A stretch of 64,000 nucleotides of DNA from Anthoceros angustus (taxonomy: Eukaryota; Plantae; Anthocerotophyta), in contig VJWM01000187.1 of the NCBI GenBank assembly GCA_010909165.1, positions 186,001 through 250,000 on the forward strand, given 5' to 3'. Below the pieces are notes generated by a model, which did no database searches, had not been told where the DNA came from, and saw only the letters and a list, made by a program, of their open reading frames with translations. A program made the position numbers and the translations under genes. The first letter of the stretch is position 1. Each line of letters begins with the position of its first letter. This document shows positions 63,362-64,000 of this stretch, in pieces.

Positions 63362-64000
63362 ATGGAACTTCTAGCTTCTCAAGTCTTGTTTATAGTTTTG
63401 GTGTCTTTTGTTATACTTTGTAACAAACCCATGCCAAGACATGCATCACGTCATGGATGGAAAACTCGTAGCCTTCTCCAAGATTGTAAGTGAAGTACTA
63501 TCCTCAAACATTCTTTAGTGTATCGCCTAAATTTGGGATTTGTTGGAGTTCATTGGTGGATCCGCTTACTCTTTGCATGGATCGTAAGATGGGGTAAACT
63601 ATGGCCAGCTTGAGATCATTTACCACCTCCTTGAGAGGTTGTTCGGCTGGGACATTGGACATTGGGCACGCCAAAATATTCGACTACACCCGCCATCATT
63701 CAAGCCTTTGCAAATTCAGTGCAACTTTCTATCATGGTGCCCAATAATGAGGTGATGGGCTAGCAATGAGCAAACCAGCAGATCGGTGCAAAACAATGTG
63801 GTAGCATTTCCTTGACCAATATTGCCATGATTTTGGTCCAGAATGAAATACTATCCTACTCGACGATAGAGAACAAGGCATTATGGACCCAAATAGTCCC
63901 CGCTATGCAAAATGTCCACAAGTAAGTTCTCATGTCTTTGCATCACTTGAAATCATATTTTTCTAGACGATTTATAAGAATACTAATGTCTTTTGTCTCT
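63362..64000 (+). pseudogene. GH17 copy truncated by the window end
   Basis: Exon 1, exon 2 and the start of intron 2. Confidence 0.85.

Larger units (their letters stand above)
28762..64000. repeat. Tandem macrosatellite array of a ~3.76 kb chimeric unit (GH17-X8 gene + PPR fragment + LINE-like fragment + GA-rich microsatellite), extending past the window end
   Basis: The glucanase start ATGGAACTTCTAGCTTCTCAAG occurs at 34925, 40716, 41654, 43430, 49450, 50607, 54365, 59604 and 63362. Unrearranged spacings 50607-54365 and 59604-63362 are both 3758 bp. Confidence 0.95.

Overview
Eukaryotic land-plant nuclear DNA, most likely from a seed-free plant with a compact genome (hornwort- or lycophyte-like; this is inference from spliceosomal introns, PLS-class PPR remnants, a nuclear copy of mitochondrial-type rps10 and very short intergenic spacers). 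There are three zones. (1) 1-7.2 kb: a decayed Ty3/gypsy element (RT, protease, gag, PBS, LTR; minus strand), AT-rich DNA, a BURP-domain gene and a decayed BURP paralog. (2) 8.2-27.9 kb: a dense block of housekeeping genes: WD40 inositol 5-phosphatase, thylakoid lumen 17.9 kDa protein, peroxiredoxin-like 2, TMEM256, tRNA-Arg(TCT), HYPK, a plant-specific WWRT/ENCDLP protein, a frameshifted GT37 fucosyltransferase, mitochondrial-type RPS10 and SRP40/Nopp140. (3) 28.1-64 kb: telomere-motif repeats and the 3' end of a restriction-like-endonuclease non-LTR retrotransposon, then a >35 kb tandem array of a ~3.76 kb chimeric unit. The unit is a GH17 beta-1,3-glucanase-X8 gene on +, a PLS-PPR fragment and a LINE-like fragment on -, and a GA-rich microsatellite. 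One unit carries a 1.5 kb solo LTR with a 5-bp TSD. The array has many copy-specific 1-bp indels and microhomology jumps, so assembly or consensus error cannot be excluded. All protein family calls come from motif recognition by eye, not database searches.
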